64,000 bases of DNA, taken from assembly GCF_009914755.1 (NCBI RefSeq), contig NC_060939.1; one strand, written 5' to 3'. Below the pieces are notes generated by a model. That model searched no databases, was not told the DNA's origin, and was given only the letters and a program-made list of their open reading frames with translations. Of the stretch, positions 12,851-30,669 are shown one piece after another; positions within the stretch are counted from its first letter, which is position 1, and the number at the start of each line of letters is the position of its first letter. Origin of the DNA: the human T2T-CHM13v2.0 reference genome, Homo sapiens. The position numbers and the translations under genes were made by a program.

Positions 12851-15800
12851 GTGAGTGGCCAGAACTGGGTATGTCTGCCTGTGTCAGGCAAAAGGCAGCA
12901 TACCAGAGGGGTTAGGAACCAGGACTTTGTGTCAGGTGTCCCAGCTTTGAATCCCAGCAGTGCCACTGTCTATCTGTGACCCTGGAGAAGCTATTTATAT
13001 TTCTGGAGCCTCAGTCAGTCAACAGTATTCATTGAGCACCTACGGTGTGCTCATCTAAGTACTTGGGTTACATCAGTGAGCAACACAAATATCTCTGCCC
13101 TCAGGGGGCTTATGGCCTAGCATGCTTTCCTCATCTATACAATGCTGGCAGTGATGGTACCTTATGAGGTTATTTTTAGAAGAAATGAAATTGTGTACAT
13201 AAAGTATGTAGCACAGTGCCTGACACAAAATAAATGGTGGCTGCTGCTATTATTCCTGTTAATAAAGCCAGTTTTTCTGTATTTGACAGTATCAGAAGCA
13301 GAAATTTTAAAAGTTGGAATTGTTCATTATGAAGAATAAATAATACTGAATACTTTAATAATTGATGAATTACATTTTCCCTCACTCTTCCAAAATTGAA
13401 CGTGAACCCCACTAAGAAAATGTGGAAATGACTGCCTTGGTTTGATTATCATCAGTATTGGAGTTCTTGAGCCACTTAGCATTTGGCTCCCAGGGCTGGC
13501 TGGTTCTCCAAGGACTGTTTGGCTTATGATCATGATTTACACATTATCAAGACCTCTGGCTCCATATAGAATTTTATTTCTTTTAAGTAGCATTAAAAAC
13601 TGACCTTGGAAAAAAATGCACTGCCTTATCCTTGTAAATTGACACAAGCCCTTGGGAAAGCAATTTGGCAATAAAAGTCAGGAACCATAAAAATGTTCCT
13701 TTGCCTTAACCCAGTCACCCCACTCCTGGGGATTCATTTTAAGGAAATAATTAACAAAAGAAAAAAAACAGCCTTTTTCAACAGAGATGTTCATGACAGC
13801 AGGATGGTTACAGATATTATGGCATATCATAACTCAGTAAAATATAAGGTGACAATGACAGCGATCGTTAGGAAGATGTGAAAGTGCATGTGGTATAATG
13901 GCAAGTGAGAAATAGAATGTGAAAATATTCAAACCCTATCATCTCTGCCACTTCAATGTAGAGTTTTTATGCAAAAAGCATAGGGAAATGTTTTTCTATT
14001 CAAATTCCCTTTAATGTTTTTTAAAATATAGAGAATTCAGAAAGAATTCAAGTACTTCCAGTGCTACTCTGGTGAATATCAAAGTTAGACACATTTGCTA
14101 ACTGATCCCAGCTTGACTTCTCATTAGTTTTCTGGCTCTAGGTGAGTGATTTAACCTCTCTGAGCCTGTTTCCTCATCTGAATATGAAGGTAATCATATC
14201 AACCTCTTAAGGTTGTTACGAGGTTTTCATAAGATGCTATACATAAAGAGAATTACCCATTGCTTGGGATATGGGAAACACTTAATAAATATTGGTTCCC
14301 ATCTCTCTATGTTTATTTTTTCTGCCAGCTATTTCTATCTCATTACTGGTAGTAAAATACATAGGACCTAAACCCCAAAGATAATTCAGCAGCGACTGTA
14401 TATAGGACACCAATTATACCAAATATCCATAGATGTGTGAAATCATATCAGATCATTACAGTCACACACGTGAAGATAAGCAGTACAATCGAACTCATAT
14501 GTCTACCATTCTTAGAAGAGAAGGGAGCAGGATTCAGGGCCTTTTTTGCTTGTGGCCTCCTATTGACTTTAGACCTAAGCTTAAAGAACCAAGGGTGGTA
14601 TGAACCCTGGCAAAGACAACCTTTATTTCTGCTAAGATTAGAAACAAAGGATTTGTTGCCCTGTTGTCCAAAAGGGTCAAGATACAATTGAATGTGGCCA
14701 AGGGTTTTGGTTCTGGATTTATAAGGATGTCAGGGCCTGCTGGAAATTCCCTGCCCTAGGAATTTGACATTATCCCCAAAGAAAATGAAATAAGAGCATG
14801 CTTATTTCTTGAAAGGTAAGTTTTAAACATTAACTGGCTTCAGAATATAAAAATAAATGTTCCTTCTCACCATATGGGTTGAATGAAAGTTGGTATTTCG
14901 AATACCCCACCAGCCTGGTCACAGTGATTAGTCCAGGAGTAGACATGTGATCCAACAGGTGGATGTGTGACCCAAGCTGAGCCACAGAATCCTTCCCAAG
15001 GACATTTCATTTGTGTTTTAGGGAAGAGACTCACTAAGAGGTTGTGAGCTCAAGGGCTGGCAGTGGCCCTACTGAGGCTTGTGCAAAAAGCCAGTCTGAG
15101 AGAATGAGACCTAAGTCCATGGAGAGGCAGAGACCAAGGAGTTTCTGGCTTTAGAGTCTTTCTGACTCCACCAAGAAAGGAATATATTCCATTTCTGCTG
15201 CTTCCCAGATCCCTGGAAACTAACTAGGAGTATATCAAGCTTAGGGAGTCTTTTTCTACTCTGGAGGCACAGTAGCCCAACTCTTACTCATGAGAGTCTA
15301 CCAAGTCTATTATTTATGCCCAGAATTATTTCCTTTCTTCTCTATCAATTCTGAGTTTACTGCAACCTTAGATTGTCTTAGTTCCGGGGAGATCTGTCAC
15401 AGTCTCTAGTCTTCAGGAGCAGCCATTTTGTCTGCCTCTGGGTCTGGATTGCATTTTATTGATTGCATTTATTGCAATAGATATATTTATTCTCATCTCT
15501 TCGCGAATCAGTGATCCACAAAAGTGCAACTGCAGGAATTCTTTAGGTACAGAAACATGCCTAATTGCCATCACTTCTCACTGAAAGCATTTATCCCTAT
15601 TAAATATTACTTTTTCTCATGTGTGCTTTTCTCTGTGGATTACATTTTATCTACTATTTGAATTACTCCATCTTGTTTCTTATTGTTGATTTTCACCTGA
15701 TGTATCTTCATCAATTTCTTAATTTTCAAACGTTCTATGTATTTTTAAGGTATGTCTTTCAGGACTATTTTTGTCTTTATTTTTACCCAATCTATAAACC

Positions 15801-16921
15801 TCTGTATTTTAAGAGTTAAATTTTAACCATTTATATTTATTGTAATCACTTATATGTTTGGACTTTTCCCTACCATCTTATTTTGTGTTTTCTATTTTCA
15901 TGCTTTCTTGCTTCTTTCCTCTTTCCTTTCAACATGCTTGTTATTAGTCAGGTTTTCTTAATTCCATTTTTTCCCCTCCAACATTTTGGAAGTTATAAAT
16001 CTTCTAGTGGTATTTCTTCTGTGATAAGATTCAAATTTTTAGCACAGAATTTTAAACTTTTATGTTTCCATTAGTGTCAAGTTATCAGTGACCACATCCT
16101 CTCCTAAAAGAAAATAGAAGCCTTCCCCTTTTATTTACCTCCACTCTCTCAATCTACAATATCTCCAAAAAGATGTTGATATTATCTGGATCTAGCTCCA
16201 GATTAATGTTAATTTTATAGAAAATATAGATTTAAATTTTAAAATAGTTTTCTGCTTTCCCCCCAAAGATTTTTTTATTGAAATATAATTCACGTACCAT
16301 AAAATTTACCCTTTAAAAATATAGAATTCATTGGTTTTTAGTAAATTCACAAAGTTGTACAACCATATTCAGCATTATCCAATTCCAGCACATTTTTATC
16401 ATTCCAAAAAGACACCTGGCATCCATTAGTAATAACGGCTTTTATTGGTGTCTTTGCCAGCTCCTTCTTTTATGTCCTGTGTCTTCTTCCTGGTTCTTTT
16501 TTATTTTGCTAAAGACTATAACCCAGGAAGTCTTTCAAATAGGATTTGTAAGTGGTAAGGTTTCTGAGCCCTTGAATACCTGAAAATGACTTCATTTTGC
16601 ACTTTGACACGAATGCTTCTGGCAGATGACTCACTGCTTCCTCTTCCTTGGCACAGTCAGGCCAGCCCGGCTGCTCTTGGCCAGTAACTCAGCTGATCAC
16701 TCATTGTCCTGAGGCCTCCATCCTGATCTCCATGTCCACCACCAATATAGCCTGAAGCACATGAGTTTTGCTAGAGCTCCTCCTCTGTGTGCATTTGGAC
16801 TATAGTTTCCTTCTTCAATTTGATCTCATCTGTCTTTCATTGTTCAAAGATTCCCCATAATTTCTGGTCCATCAAGGCTGATTGCCCTTTCTTGTCTTCA
16901 AATGCTGTCTCATGCGCGTGT

Positions 16922-16925
<4 letters not shown>

Positions 16926-16961
<36 letters not shown>

Positions 16962-16980
16962 AGATAGAGATACACACACA
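16926..16980. repeat. (CA)n microsatellite
   Basis: Seen directly. Confidence 0.9.
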
Positions 16981-17567
16981 TGAACACATTCATTCACTTT
17001 CCAGACGCACATATTCTGCCATTTCTGAGCATTTACAGTAAGAGAAGGCTGAGACGGGCTCATTCTCCCTGAAGTACACAATCTCTTCAAGGACTTGCCA
17101 AAAATAGCAGAAGATAACTACAAGTTTTGATCAAAGTTTGCAGTCTTCTGTTCTGCCACACACTTAGTACAGATGTAGGATCTCATAGCATTGAGGGGTC
17201 TTTCAGATTATGTTTTCAAACCCCTCACTTTCTCTTTTCAGATAAGACCACAGCGACCTGGGAAAGTGCAACGTCTTAGCCAAAGACACAGAACTATTTA
17301 GCGACACTGTCTAGACTCTAGTTTCCATGTCTCCTGACTTCAGTCTAGTGTTCCACCCCTGCCGCCCACCCCTGCCCCATCCTCATTCCTCCTGCAGGAG
17401 AGGCCAGACCTTTGCCTGCTGCAGCTTGTGGCTCTTCTCCTGCCTTCAGTTCTTCCATTGCCTGCAGCACTTGAAAGAAAAGGACAAGACACGAATACAC
17501 TCCAAATCATAAACTAACATGGAAGAAAATAGGAGAAACAGAGTGGGAAATCTTATAGTTTTTTTTT

Positions 17568-17868
<301 letters not shown>

Positions 17869-18196
17869 TTAGTAAAAAAATCCCGTAGTTTTTTAATGCT
17901 ACGAAGATGGCAAAAAAGAAGACATAGACAAAGCAGAAACTGATGGCCTCTGCTATTTCATGCCCTGTGTGACTACTTCATCATTTGTTGGTTTGGGGGT
18001 TTTATAATTTTTTTTTTCTGTAGATGCGTGTTTTTCTTTCTCTCTATTTTTATTTGATTGTGTGGCTGCCTATGGACAGCAAAGCTAATATTTAGAGTTT
18101 GAACTGCAGACATTGTTGCAGGCTTCTTATAAAGGTAGTCGATTCTTTAAAGTCTATAATAAAGTACATAGACCACAGCTTTACAACTTTAAATCA

Positions 18197-19035
<839 letters not shown>

Positions 19036-19800
19036 GAAAAATATTGAGTAAACCAAACATGAACAAAAAACATTTTGCAAAGTAATAGATACTAAATGGG
19101 ATGATTTATCAGCAAACAGTTGTATGCATTTTATTTCCATAAACTAATGAAATGAACCAACATATGTAATTGCCTGGCTTCTTTGTGGGGTCACTACCCC
19201 ATGGTGCAGATTTCAGCACCACATTAGGAAACAAGAAGATTGGGCTCTGTAGTCACAGTTCCCGCTGGCTGCCCTGTTGGAAGGGGAGGGTTGACCATAG
19301 GGTACATTTTCCCAAGTCTTAGGTCTTCTCCTCAGCTTTGGGTGTTCACAGGTGTGCAGAGTGTAGGAGTTCATTCAGTCACAGTATCCACCTCCTAAGA
19401 GAATAACAGATAAGAATGTCAGTTCATTGTCTTGCCTCCTGTGAGAGGTGCCAGAGTCTATGGGACAGAGACAACCAAATGACCTGGCTGGTGTGTTCCT
19501 GCAGGAGAGTTTATGGTAAACTGTTTCCCTCTCAGCACAGAAGACAACAAGATCTTAGTGACTAGCATCCTCCAGGTATGACAATCAGGGCACCTAGTCT
19601 GCATTTGGAGACAGAACTGTTAGGAAACTGCATTCCATATGCCATTTCTCCTCCAGAAACATTTCCAAGTTCTCCTGGGTTCTTCCTCCTAGAATTGGTG
19701 GTAGAATTGACGGTGCCCGTCATAAGCATCCCTTGATGGACAGTAGCTGCCACCCCCTTTCCATCATGTGACACTCATCTTTTTCTGCTTCTTTCTGCAG

Positions 19801-19980
19801 TGTTCCATCGAGTGTGGGAGCGGGACGCAACAGAGGGAGGTGATTTGTGTTAGAAAGAATGCAGACACCTTTGAAGTGTTGGACCCCTCTGAATGTTCTT
19901 TCCTGGAGAAACCCCCCAGCCAGCAATCCTGCCACCTCAAGCCTTGCGGAGCCAAATGGTTTAGCACCGAATGGAGCATG
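19801..19980 (+). CDS. THSD4: THSD4 internal coding exon (CSIECGSGTQQREVIC...WFSTEWSM)
   Basis: Polypyrimidine tract and ctgcag| acceptor, ATG|gtaagt donor. 180 bp, phase 0-0. Confidence 0.96.
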
Positions 19981-20195
19981 GTAAGTCATGGTGCTCTTGA
20001 TGGAGGTTGCATTGGCACAACGTCCCCCACCTGAACTCCTATAGACCCCTCTGGGCCAGGCACTGGGTTCAGCCCTGAAAGAGATTCCCTACAGCAATCT
20101 ACCTTAGGTGGTAGCTGCTGGAGTACCCCGTGACTCAGCCTGCTTCGTGGGGAAGGCCTGAGACCTAGATGATCTTGCTTTCTAAACTGTAGAAA

Positions 20196-20352
20196 CAGTG
20201 ACTCTCACACTTCAGTGTGCATAGGAATCATCTGAGGATCTTGTTTGACAAGACCAACTCTGGGCCAACTGTGGCCGAGGATTTGCATTTTTAGCAAGTT
20301 CCTGAGGTGTGTTGGATGGAGTTGTCTTTGTACTGCATTTTGAGCAATGCTG
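20196..20352. mobile_element. MER5A-like hAT MITE
   Basis: cagtg...aatcatctgagg...atttgcatttttagcaagttcc...gctg pattern. Confidence 0.6.
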
Positions 20353-20402
20353 CCATAGAGGATTGAGGATTCAAGGGTGCTGTTAAAAGAACTACATCTG
20401 AT

Positions 20403-20535
20403 GCCAGGCGTGGTGGTTGACACCTGTAATCCCAATACTTTGGGAGGCCAAGGTGGGAAGATCACTTGAGGCTAGGAGTTTGACACCAGCCAGGTCAACT
20501 AGCAAGAACCCATCTCTGAAAAACATTTTTTTTAA
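20403..20535 (+). mobile_element. Alu left monomer (FLAM/AluJ)
   Basis: Left-arm consensus only. Confidence 0.8.
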
Positions 20536-20544
20536 TTACTACAT

Positions 20545-20568
20545 TACACAAACACACACGCACACACT

Positions 20569-20602
<34 letters not shown>
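20545..20602. repeat. (CA)n followed by (TG)n microsatellite
   Basis: Seen directly. Confidence 0.9.
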
Positions 20603-20604
<2 letters not shown>

Positions 20605-21499
20605 ACTTTTTAAAAATCCTATAGACATTCTGGATTATGGATTGTGGGACTGATTCTGTTTTCTGTTTGAACTGGCTACTAGGAAGCGCAAAGCCAAAAT
20701 TATGCCTCACCTAGTATACCAGATCCTGCAAAGTGGATTTTATGTGCTAATATTCCTGTGGCTTCTCTTTCTTTTTCCTACTTTTATCTTCCTTTAGTAC
20801 TAGTTTTCTCACTTTTTTAAAATCTTGTGGCCCTCTAAGTCTTTCTCAAGTCATTTCAAATCCTTTTTGTAAGGAGGGAAATAGTGTGTAAATGAAGAAA
20901 GAGAGAGATTGATAAATACAGAAATAAGTTATTAAGAAATGAAAGGGGAAAGGATGGATATAGTGATAAGATTCATTTTTTTCAAGTTGAAGAGTTCATT
21001 TTCAAGAAACTTCCTAAAACAGAAAACCTCCTCACCATCATTCCAGGTGACCAGAAAACCTCCTGAGGGCCCCATCCCAGGTGACCATTGGCGTAGTTCT
21101 GTGGGTTGGGGTGGGAAGTGGAGGAAGGGTCATTCTGCTTCTCATCACTGAAGATCTTCAAGCAGAGGCTGTAGTGAGCCCAGAGTAGGGGGGCCAGAGC
21201 CTTTCTCACAGTGATCCAAGGGTGATAAAAGGGAATTTTGCTTAGAAAATATATGAATAAAAGCTGAGAATTCCATTTCCAAAAAGTGTCTGTCTGCTCT
21301 AGTGATAACAGCCATTTGGCTGTGTAGCAAACCACATCTCAGAGGTAGATGGGAATGAAGGAGGTGGGTTGAAAGGTTTCTGGCAACTTCTGGGAAGTGG
21401 AATTTAATTATTTTGATGTTGACCAAGGCTTGAGGATACAATAACAGATCGCAGTTTTCTTTTGTCATCTGATTTGGAGAGTCTACAAAGAGCCATGCT

Positions 21500-23340
21500 C
21501 ACCAGGCCAAGTTGAAGGAGACAAACTTCAAAAACACCCCAAATGTCCGTCAGCAGGTGAACGGACAAACCATGGTGCATCCACACAGCGGAACAAAAAA
21601 CTCAGCCACAAAAATATGGATGAACTTCCGGTGCGTTTTGCTAAGTAAAAAAAAAAGCCAGGTTCAAAAAACTACGTGTTGTATGAGTCCATCTATATAA
21701 TATTCTGTAAAAGGAGCAGCTACAAACGCCAAATCAGTGCCTGCTGGAGGATGGGGTGACCACATCTGTGCAATCTGACCGTAGAGGGGCAGCATGGGAA
21801 TTTTTTGTCTGCAATGAAAATATTTCGTGTCTTGTTTGCGGTAGGAGATACACAACTGTATGAATTTGTCAAAACTGATAGATGTGTATACCACAAAAAG
21901 GGACATTTTTAGATGCAAATTTAGAAAATATGAAGTAAATGGTTACTATAATAGCAAAGACTGATGGAAGCTAGACTTCTTTGAATGTACCTTGTTTTAC
22001 AAATTTGAGTTTGGAACTAAGTAAATATTTTAGATAATCATAAAAGAAAATTAAGTTTTAAAAAAGCAATCCCCCAGAACTGAAAATACAATGAAACAAA
22101 TTAATGTAAATATGTTTCTAGTTGGTGGCATCAGCACTATTGCAAGTGACTTGAATACATAGTAATTTGACATTCTATCCCTAAAAAAAATTACTGCAGA
22201 AGAATGTTCACACTGTTTGCAATTATCCTATTTTTGGTGATAGTGTTGTGCTGGATATGATGATTGGGCATATAATGTGTGAGAAGGTAAATGAGTAATT
22301 AGATGATAGTATAATTCTGTTAGCCCCAATATCCTTGAGAAGTAGGATGTTCAAACTTAGGAGAAAGTAGATACAGATACAAGATAGATATTGTATGGCT
22401 TAAGTCCGCAATAAAAAGCCTGTTGTCCTGAATTTGAATTGGAAGTGTCAGTATAAACTTAGAAATTATCTCTCTAAAAATCTTTTCTAATTTCACCCAC
22501 TGAAAGAGTCTAGAATCAGTGACCAATCTCGGGATTCAGAGGGGGTGGCCGCTTCCAGATCTGGGGCAGCATATATGTAAGTTAGGTTGGGATATCTTTT
22601 TCTAGCAGGCAGCAAGGAAGTTCTTAAACACAACAGAGCTCATGTCCAAAGCATCCCAGAGCCAACTTGTAGAGGCTCCTGTGAGCCATTGAGCATCAGT
22701 AAGAATAATAATACCATAGATTAGATGAAACACATTATATGTGTTTAAATCCATCCATTTACAATGAAGTTTATAATACTTTAAAAAACTGATAAGTCAT
22801 CATCATAGGATGTTAGGGAACCAACTTATTATTATGAAAACCCGTAAATGAAGGGAAAGATTCAAGTGTTTATGCTTTCTTTCTTAAACGACATACCACT
22901 GGGTAACCAAAGAGTAAAGGTGCTGAGGGAATATGATAGAATTAGAATTAGAATTCTAAACTCCCTGTAAACTGATGGATCTGAGCATTGCACATCAGTG
23001 GCCACTAACATCCCCAAAAGAGAGGCAGCCCCCCGGAAGTAGTCTCACAAAAAAAACCAAAAAAAAAACAAAAAAAAACCCTGCACCTGTTAAGGCCTCT
23101 TTTAGGTCCAACTTCCAATGTTCAGGAGATATAGAGCATAGAGGAACACGAATTACACCGTGGGAGCACAGTCAGCAAAATCCAGACTATGGGCAACTGC
23201 AGAACAAATGACTCAGTTCCACCCCACCACCGCAACCAAAAACTTTTTAAGTGCAAGAATGAAAAAGACAGTGGAAGGGAAACCTATGGATTGAAAGAGT
23301 TGTGAGAGACTTATTGACCAATTGCAACTTGCAGACCTGA
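21500..23340 (+). mobile_element. Old L1M 3'-end fragments (boundaries approximate)
   Basis: caaatgtccgtcagcaggtgaacggacaaac...tttgtcaaaactgataga motifs typical of L1MB/MC 3' ends. Confidence 0.5.
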
Positions 23341-23352
23341 CGCAGATCCTGA

Positions 23353-23670
<318 letters not shown>

Positions 23671-23721
23671 AATCCTGATTTTTAAAGGAAAAAAAAATCT
23701 GTATTAAAAAATCTTGGCTGG

Positions 23722-24873
23722 CTGCCCGGCCAGCCGCCCCGTCCGGGAGGGAGGTGGGGGGGTCAGCCCCCCGCCCGGCCAGCCGCCCCGTCCGGGAGGG
23801 AGGTGGGGGGGGGGTCAGCCCCCCCGCCCAGCCAGCCGCCCTGTCCGGGAGGTGAGGGGCGCCTCTGCCCGGCCGCCCCTACTGGGAAGTGAGGAGCCCC
23901 TCTGCCCGGCCAGCCGCCCCGTCCGGGAGGGAGGTGGGGGGGTCGGCCCCCCGCCCGGCCAGCCGCCCCGTCCGGGAGGGAGGTGGGGGGGGGTCAGCCC
24001 CCCCGCCCGGCCAGCCGCCCCGTCCGGGAGGGAGGTGGGGGGGTCGGCCCCCCGCCCGGCCAGCCGCCCCGTCCGGGAGGGAGGTGGGGGGGGGGTCGGC
24101 CCCCCTGCCCGGCCAGCCGCCCCGTCCGGGAGGTGAGGGGCGCCTCTGCCCGGCCGCCCCTACTGGGAAGTGAGGAGCCCCTCTGCCCGGCCAGCCGCCC
24201 CGTCCGGGAGGGAGGTGGGGGGGTCAGCCCCCCTGCCTGGCCAGCCGCCCCGTCCGGGAGGTGAGGGGCGCCTCTGCCCGGCTGCCCCTACTGGGAAGTG
24301 AGGAGCCCCTCTGCCCGGCCACCACCCCGTCTGGGAGGTGTGCCCAACAGCTCATTGAGAACGGGCCAGGATGACAATGGCGGCTTTGTGGAATAGAAAG
24401 GCGGGAAAGGTGGGGAAAAGATTGAGAAATCGGATGGTTGCCGTGTCTGTGTAGAAAGAAGTAGACATGGGAGACTTTTCATTTTGTTCTGCACTAAGAA
24501 AAATTCCTCTGCCTTGGGATCCTGTTGATCTGTGACCTTACCCCCAACCCTGTGCTCTCTGAAACATGTGCTGTGTCCACTCAGGGTTAAATGGATTAAG
24601 GGCGGTGCAAGATGTGCTTTGTTAAACAGATGCTTGAAGGCCCCATGCTCGTTAAGAGTCATCACCAATCCCTAATCTCAAGTAATCAGGGACACAAACA
24701 CTGCGGAAGGCGGCAGGGTCCTCTGCCTAGGAAAACCAGAGACCTTTGTTCACTTGTTTATCTGCTGACCTTCCCTCCACTATTGTCCCATGACCCTGCC
24801 AAATCCCCCTCTGTGAGAAACACCCAAGAATTATCAATAAAAAAATAAATTTAAAAAAAAAAAAAAAAAAAAA
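23722..24873 (+). mobile_element. 5'-truncated SVA (GC-rich VNTR + SINE-R + poly(A)), probably SVA_F/F1
   Basis: VNTR units gcccggccagccgccccgtccgggagggaggtgggggg; SINE-R from ~24320; AATAAA at 24836 followed by an A tail. Confidence 0.93.
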
Positions 24874-25289
<416 letters not shown>

Positions 25290-25294
25290 TCTTG

Positions 25295-25631
<337 letters not shown>

Positions 25632-25984
25632 CTATATTGAAGAGAATAAGAAATTATTGTAATTTCTAGGGAGAATAATGATACTGTGGTAATTGTTAAG
25701 AGTTCTTGTCTTTTAGAGCTACAGCCTGAAGTATATGGAAGAAGTGATCAGATGTCTAGATTTGCTTCAAAATAGTGGGAGGAGCAGGAGGGCTGGGGAT
25801 ATGGATAGGACACACCTGGCATGAGTTGCTGATTGTTGAAGCTGGTTGATAGGTACATGGGAGTTTGTTTTCATATTCTGTCTCCTTTTGGAAATGTTTG
25901 AGATTTTCCAGTGTCTTCTTTCTCCAGTGTGCTGAGCTATTGGTCTGCCCAAAAATCTGATGTTTTCCCTTTGTTCCCATGCAG

Positions 25985-26129
25985 TGTTCCAAGAGCTGCC
26001 AGGGTGGCTTTCGGGTCCGGGAAGTGCGGTGTCTGTCTGATGACATGACTCTAAGTAACCTCTGTGACCCTCAGTTGAAACCAGAAGAGAGAGAATCTTG
26101 TAACCCTCAGGACTGTGTCCCTGAAGTTG
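25985..26129 (+). CDS. THSD4: THSD4 penultimate coding exon (CSKSCQGGFRVREVRCLSDD...CNPQDCVPEV)
   Basis: Not in the ORF track; translated by hand. atgcag| acceptor and G|gtaagt donor. 145 bp, phase 0-1, last TSP1 repeat. Confidence 0.95.
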
Positions 26130-27532
26130 GTAAGTAGAGATTTCAATCATGGGGGAAAGGTTTGTGTTTTTTAAGCTTGTCAGATTCTCCGGTGTGACAA
26201 TAACAAGCCTCTTCTAGGTCTTTCTGTGACCTTGCACACAGTCATGGAGTTCAGAGGGTTGAGGTGCTTTTGGTATTATAAATTTCATGGTTTAAGATGA
26301 TCATTCATAGCGAGGATGGCTGTCTAAGCCACCCACCAAGAGACACACTTTAGTGTGGATTGATTAAAATGGTAATGCCTTCAAAGATTTGGCTCTATCG
26401 TCCTTAAGGTCAAAGTAGTAAAATGTCAACTTTTAATTGTAGGTGCAAACCAGTGTAGGCTGGACCATGTGGGGAGATTCTGGGACCTTAGCAGGGAGTT
26501 GGCAGAGAAGGGAGGAAGGGGAGGAGGCCAAGAATTGGTAGAGACAGTGATGGAGGGTCTGACCATCTCTCAGAGGGGCGTAGTGCAAGCTGAGTCCAGA
26601 GAGATGCAGTGACTAGACTCAAGGAGGAGGAGTGACAGCAGGAAGATCTAGGCCACACAATGGTCAGAGTCCTGCAAAGAACAGCAGTCTTGCAATTCAG
26701 AAGACCCCAACCTGCACCCTTGAAATAGGGGCCAGTTTCCTGGAGGAAAGCATTGGAGAGTGTTAGGGAGGTTAGGCCCTCTCATGGGCTGCGGTTCATG
26801 AGGAAGGGGCCCATCCCAGCAGGGGAGCTCAAGTACAGCCAGAAAACCAAAGAAGGCACCTCGCACATAGATTGGGCAGATAGGAAGTGTGAGGTGGGTG
26901 AAGATGCATCTCCAGAGGCATATTGGATGCCCCAAAGCCCAACTTGAAATCTACTCAGAATGCACCCCCAGGTATAGTCAGGACTGGTTCCAGAATGGAG
27001 GTGCACCGAGCCCCTTCAGTAGCTTCTTCACAGTCTGCTAAGAACATATTTACTTTTCTGTCTTCACAATAACATCAAAGGAAATGTATTAATATATCAA
27101 TAAGCTTTCATGGGGTAGATTCCTCCTGCTGTGGACCAAATTGAAGGTTTTAATATACTGACCTAACATCCTTCCTATCCCAGGGAAGATGTGTCAGTTA
27201 CAGCATAGATGCTTTATGATCATAAGTTTCCTATGTCCCAGCAATGACCCATGACTAAAGTTATGGGGATGACCATTCCCAGTAGCTACCAAAAAAACCC
27301 GTAAATTCCATAAGAAGAAAATTAACAAGTTTATAAGATCTATATAGAAAAAATAAATAAAAGTAAGAAAGCCTTGCTATAGAATATAAAGGGAAATGTG
27401 AATAGATAGAAACATTAACATGTTCCTGAATGGGAACACTCAATACTATAAAGGTGATAAAAGAAGGTTCCCAAGGGGAGCCGTATGTGCCATATATTGG
27501 AACATATTATAAAGCTACAGAAACTAAAACTA

Positions 27533-27605
27533 TTAGGTTGGTGCAAAAGTAATTGTGGTTTTTGCCATTATTTTCAAAGCTGCATTTACTTTTGCACAAA
27601 CCTGA
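27533..27605. mobile_element. MADE1 mariner MITE
   Basis: Inverted repeats TTAGGTTGGTGCAAAAGTAA ... TTACTTTTGCACAAACCTGA flanked by TA on both sides. Confidence 0.88.
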
Positions 27606-27804
27606 TATATGATATAGGCATACCATATACCAACGTTATAATGCAGAATTCTGAAACAGACTCCTTTATAAAGGAAAGTTAAGTTTGATAAAGGGGGAAT
27701 GATAAGTAAGTGGGGAGAGGAGAGGCTTCCATTGTATTGAGACCACACTGAAGATCCCTTTAAAAATATAAAATATATAAATGTCTAATGGATTAAAGAC
27801 TCTA

Positions 27805-28161
<357 letters not shown>

Positions 28162-28949
28162 GTTATACACATAAAGCTGCCTGTTTGTCTCAGGCCAGAT
28201 AATATAACTAAAGACAATCAAAATCACCAGGTCCTTGGAATTGATTGTGTAATTCTCAAAGCTAGGAATGACTGGCATAAGCAAATCAGGTACTCTGAAG
28301 AGCTGTCACTCAGCTGCCTCACTATGTCAAAGGCTTCTAGCTAATATAATATAATACAAAATGTGTTGCCACTGTTTTTGTCTTCTGTATTTGTCTATGG
28401 TATCTTTTCAAGCAGGGGAAATTGTCTAACTTCTAATTATATAAAATCCAACTAGAGAAAAAAAGGGAAACTATGAGATTAACAAAACAGAATATGTAGA
28501 CAAAGCCTTGGTATTCTTTGATGTGCCTCAAAATTATACCTGTCAATGCCAAAGTTACTAAAGATGTCCAGGCCACAAGCCAGAGTTATGACACACACTT
28601 CGGTATATCCCAGAGGGCTGCTGATAGCAAGAATCTGTGTAGGCTCTGAAGGAAAAGAAGGCTCAAGTGCACATTTTGATGATGCTGCTGAAGAAGAAAA
28701 TAGTACCTGAGTACATGGGTACATGTGTGCTGTTGTCAGCTTTTTGAAATCTGCATATAATCTTTCATTTAATCCCAGAGTGACATGATTAAATCATCCT
28801 ACAATTGATAGCATCTTAAAATCAAATAAATGTCACTCAAGTAGACAGAAAATTAAATCCCCAATATAGACAGAACTCACTCAATTTTTTAAAAAAGACA
28901 AGTGGTCCAGTTTTGTAAAGGATAAAGGAAATGAACAAACTCACCACAG

Positions 28950-29270
<321 letters not shown>

Positions 29271-29785
29271 TCAAGCTACTAGTAATCAGAAATGCAAATT
29301 TTAAAAATAATGGGAGTCCATGTTTTTCCATAAGATTGGCAAGCTTTTAAAATATTAGACAATGTTTGTTCATTGTTGGCAACCGCATGGGGGATAGGTC
29401 AAGTGGCAACTCGTAACTTGGTGTAAACTTTTTGAAGAGCATTTTATCAATATCTATCAAGATACAAAGATATTATTACCTTTGACTTAATAATTTCACT
29501 TCTAGGAATATATACTAAAAATATGCTTTCAAAAATGTACAGAGGCACACACATGCAAAGAATAGGGCTCATCGGGTGTGCCACCTACTCAGGACGCAGA
29601 GGCAGGAGGATCACTTGAGCCCAGGAACCCGAACTGTGGCTGCCCCTATGAACAGTCACGGCACCTCAGCCTGAGCGACACAGAAAGACCCCATCTCTGA
29701 AAAAAAAAAAAATAGGGCTTAATGAATTGTGTAGAATTAATGAATGAACCGTACAATTTCTTGTAACTTATAAAAATTGGAAGCA

Positions 29786-30078
<293 letters not shown>

Positions 30079-30355
30079 TTAGAAGCAATTACATTTCTAT
30101 AACTAGAAGGAAATGACTTATTTAATTATGTTCCAGCACATAGGACAAAATACAGACACCCCAAAAAAGAAGATGGTAGATATTATGATACAAAAAATTA
30201 TCTAAATATATTTATGAGTAATATTTTAAAAAGCAAGCAGCTGAGAAGTATATTGTCAGTTCTTTCCCAAAGTAATCTATAAATGGAAGCAATATTAATC
30301 AAAATCCAGGCAAGGTTTTTCATAGAAAAATCTGACAACCTGTGTCTAAAGTTTA

Positions 30356-30669
<314 letters not shown>

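Noticed and set aside
17221-17301. Strong-looking acceptor (cttttcag at 17241) in a MIR-like remnant that would add 19 codons and a stop after exon 12677-12850
   Set aside because: No matching donor or nearby poly(A) support was identified, and such pseudo-acceptors are common.
23714-24310. Pro/Gly/Arg-rich ORFs and a regularly repeated GC array that might suggest a CRISPR array or repeat protein
   Set aside because: This is the SVA VNTR. There are no unique spacers or cas genes, and the DNA is eukaryotic.
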